A DNA stretch of 63,622 bases, the filler included, from Craspedostauros australis (Eukaryota): NCBI GenBank assembly GCA_030167865.1. It is 12 parts of 12 records of this genome, joined end to end, with 100 filler letters (N's around TTAATTAATTAA, not from the genome) between each part and the next. Parts side by side here need not be neighbours in the genome. Positions count along the whole stretch, not along the records: positions 47,608 to 62,284 come from JALAGF010005272.1; positions 62,385 to 63,622 come from JALAGF010005281.1; 10 more parts are not named here. One strand, written 5' to 3'. A model generated the notes under the pieces. It ran no database searches and was not told the DNA's origin. It worked only from the letters and a program-made list of their open reading frames with translations. Made by a program: the position numbers and the translations under genes. Within the stretch, counting starts at the first letter, position 1. Each line of letters starts with the position of its first letter. Shown here in pieces: positions 61,748 through 63,622 of this stretch.

Positions 61748-62384
61748 CACGCTCTCTCTCTCTTCATGTTATCACTGCGTGATACTCTGTATTTGATATG
61801 TACTCAATCGTCCTGTCTCATATTGACCTACTACTTCATGCGGAGTTTTCAATGTCTTGCTTGAACTCCTCCTTTACATATCCATGATCTCCATGANGCC
61901 ACAGTAATAGAATCTTTGGATTCTGTTCTGATGTGGAGTCAGCTGTTGATGTGGGGACACATGACATCGTGTCAGTGCCAGCTGTCGTTCCATGCTCCTT
62001 CACATTCCATATTCCATTGATGATGTAGATGGGAGGCAAAGTTATTGTCATTTTGGGTATAGTTGTGAAATATTTCGACCTGGACTTGATGTCACTTGTT
62101 TCTGTCGAATGGATGGACAGACCAAATATCTGATGCTCTCAGATAATGTTGTTCACCCATTGCCTTCCGAAATGGTGAACACATTGGCGCGCGTAAATTT
62201 GTGATGTGATTCACTCAATCACGCTTCATTGATGACACGAATGTTAGCGCCATTTGCACAGAGAGTACAAGAGAACAATGGGTGNNNNNNNNNNNNNNNN
62301 NNNNNNNNNNNNNNNNNNNNNNNNNNNNTTAATTAATTAANNNNNNNNNNNNNNNNNNNNNNNNNNNNNNNNNNNNNNNNNNNN

Positions 62385-63622
62385 AGCTGTGAAATCGATG
62401 TGAGGGTACTTGCCGAGCTGATCACGAGTGGGACAACGCATGTCCATGTAGGACAGACCATGACGAATTGAGAGTGGAATGACGCGGCCATCGGTTGTGA
62501 TGATCGTCTGTCGACCGCCTGGCAGGTGTCGTGGCCGCTCATTGACGTCAATGCCGAAGGAAGCGAGTTGGTTGGAAGAATGGATGGTCTTCCCCTTTCC
62601 GTACAGAGCGTATTGGTGAAATACGGCAATGATGGGACCTTCGGTGGTGTCGACAAGTCCAGCAACAGTCCCAATGTCAAGGTTGGCAATCGCAGAATCG
62701 CCAATGCCATTGACATCCGCTGTGTGACCAGTCTTGCACAGTACGAGGACGTCGTCACCAGCCAGGCCACCATTGGCACCGCTGTCGACGAGAGATCCAT
62801 GATGAGCTTTGGATGTCTTGTGGAAGTCGTAGCGGACCATGGCCTGGTTGGCAAGGCGCCAGGTCTGACCCTTGTAGGTCAGGATGGGTTCGTCAGTGGA
62901 AGGTGTGGACTTGGCATTNNNNNNNNNNNNNNNNNNNNNNNNNNNNNNNNNNNNNNNNNNNNNNNNNNAGTCCCAATGTCAAGGTTGGCAATCGCAGAAT
63001 CGCCAATGCCATTGACATCCGCTGTGTGACCAGTCTTGCACAGTACGAGGACATCGTCACCAGCCAGGCCACCATTGGCACCGCTGTCGACGAGAGATCC
63101 ATGATGAGCTTTGGATGTCTTGTGGAAGTCGTAGCGGACCATGGCCTGGTTGGCAAGGCGCCAGGTNNNNNNNNNNNNNNNNNNNNNNNNNNNNNNNNNN
63201 NNNNNNNNNNNNNNNNNNNNNNNNNNNNNNNNNNNNNNNNNNNNNNNNNNNNNNNNNNNNNNNNNNNNNNNNNNNNNNNNNNNNNNNNNNNNNNNNNNNN
63301 NNNNNNNAGAATGCCCATCCGACTTGGAGGTAGTTGCCTTGTTGGCTGCGCGCTGACGTCCGCCCTTTCCGCGATTGGGATCCCATTTTCCCTTGGCTTC
63401 AAGGAATGCTTGACGCTGAGATCGCTCCATCTTCATCCATTCCTCGCGTGGGATACGAGGACGAGGATCCTTGGAGTAATCCTTATCCTTGCTCCATGCC
63501 TGTGCTTGGCCTCGAACACCGGAGTGCTTGGCATTATGCACCTTGCGACTGGAACGTCCGCGAGGCTTGACACGGTCGAGACGTTGAGCATGGCTGCGTA
63601 CGAGCGCGAAAGTACGCTCGAA
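62385..63622 (-). mobile_element. Ty1/copia (CoDi-like) gag-protease fragment
   Basis: Protease-like LVDSGANGGLAGDD, FHQYALYGKGKTIHSSNQL, IPLSIRHGLSYMDMRCPT; segment duplicated around gaps. Confidence 0.85.

Noticed and set aside
11718..62340. Recurrent TTAATTAATTAA motif
   Set aside because: Always centred in N-runs; a synthetic six-frame-stop contig linker.

Overview
Draft-assembly window from a eukaryote, most likely a pennate diatom (18S sequence type, CoDi-like copia elements, PTS-rich secreted proteins). It is about 12 contigs joined by N-runs containing an artificial TTAATTAATTAA linker, so adjacency across linkers is not reliable. Main finding: the 5' ~1 kb of a nuclear 18S rRNA gene (minus strand, 1-2615) is interrupted by eight GT...AG spliceosomal-type introns of about 175-220 nt. 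They splice out exactly to restore canonical 18S, and two of them isolate a 20-nt micro-exon carrying the universal 530-loop/515F motif. Compensatory helix changes in the exons suggest a functional lineage, but a nest of solo LTRs starts about 190 bp upstream. Mobile elements: solo LTRs with 6-bp target-site duplications, a degenerate near-complete Ty1/copia element with a chromo-like domain, other copia and LINE fragments, and a Harbinger-type transposase with two unusual flanking ORFs. Host genes: four secreted or mucin-like proteins (including a >2,400-aa six-exon mucin/cadherin-like adhesin with bacterial-type repeats and a ~200-copy GPTS protein), a tubby-like protein, an alpha/beta-hydrolase-like protein and GAR1. 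Domain calls are by eye; no searches were run.
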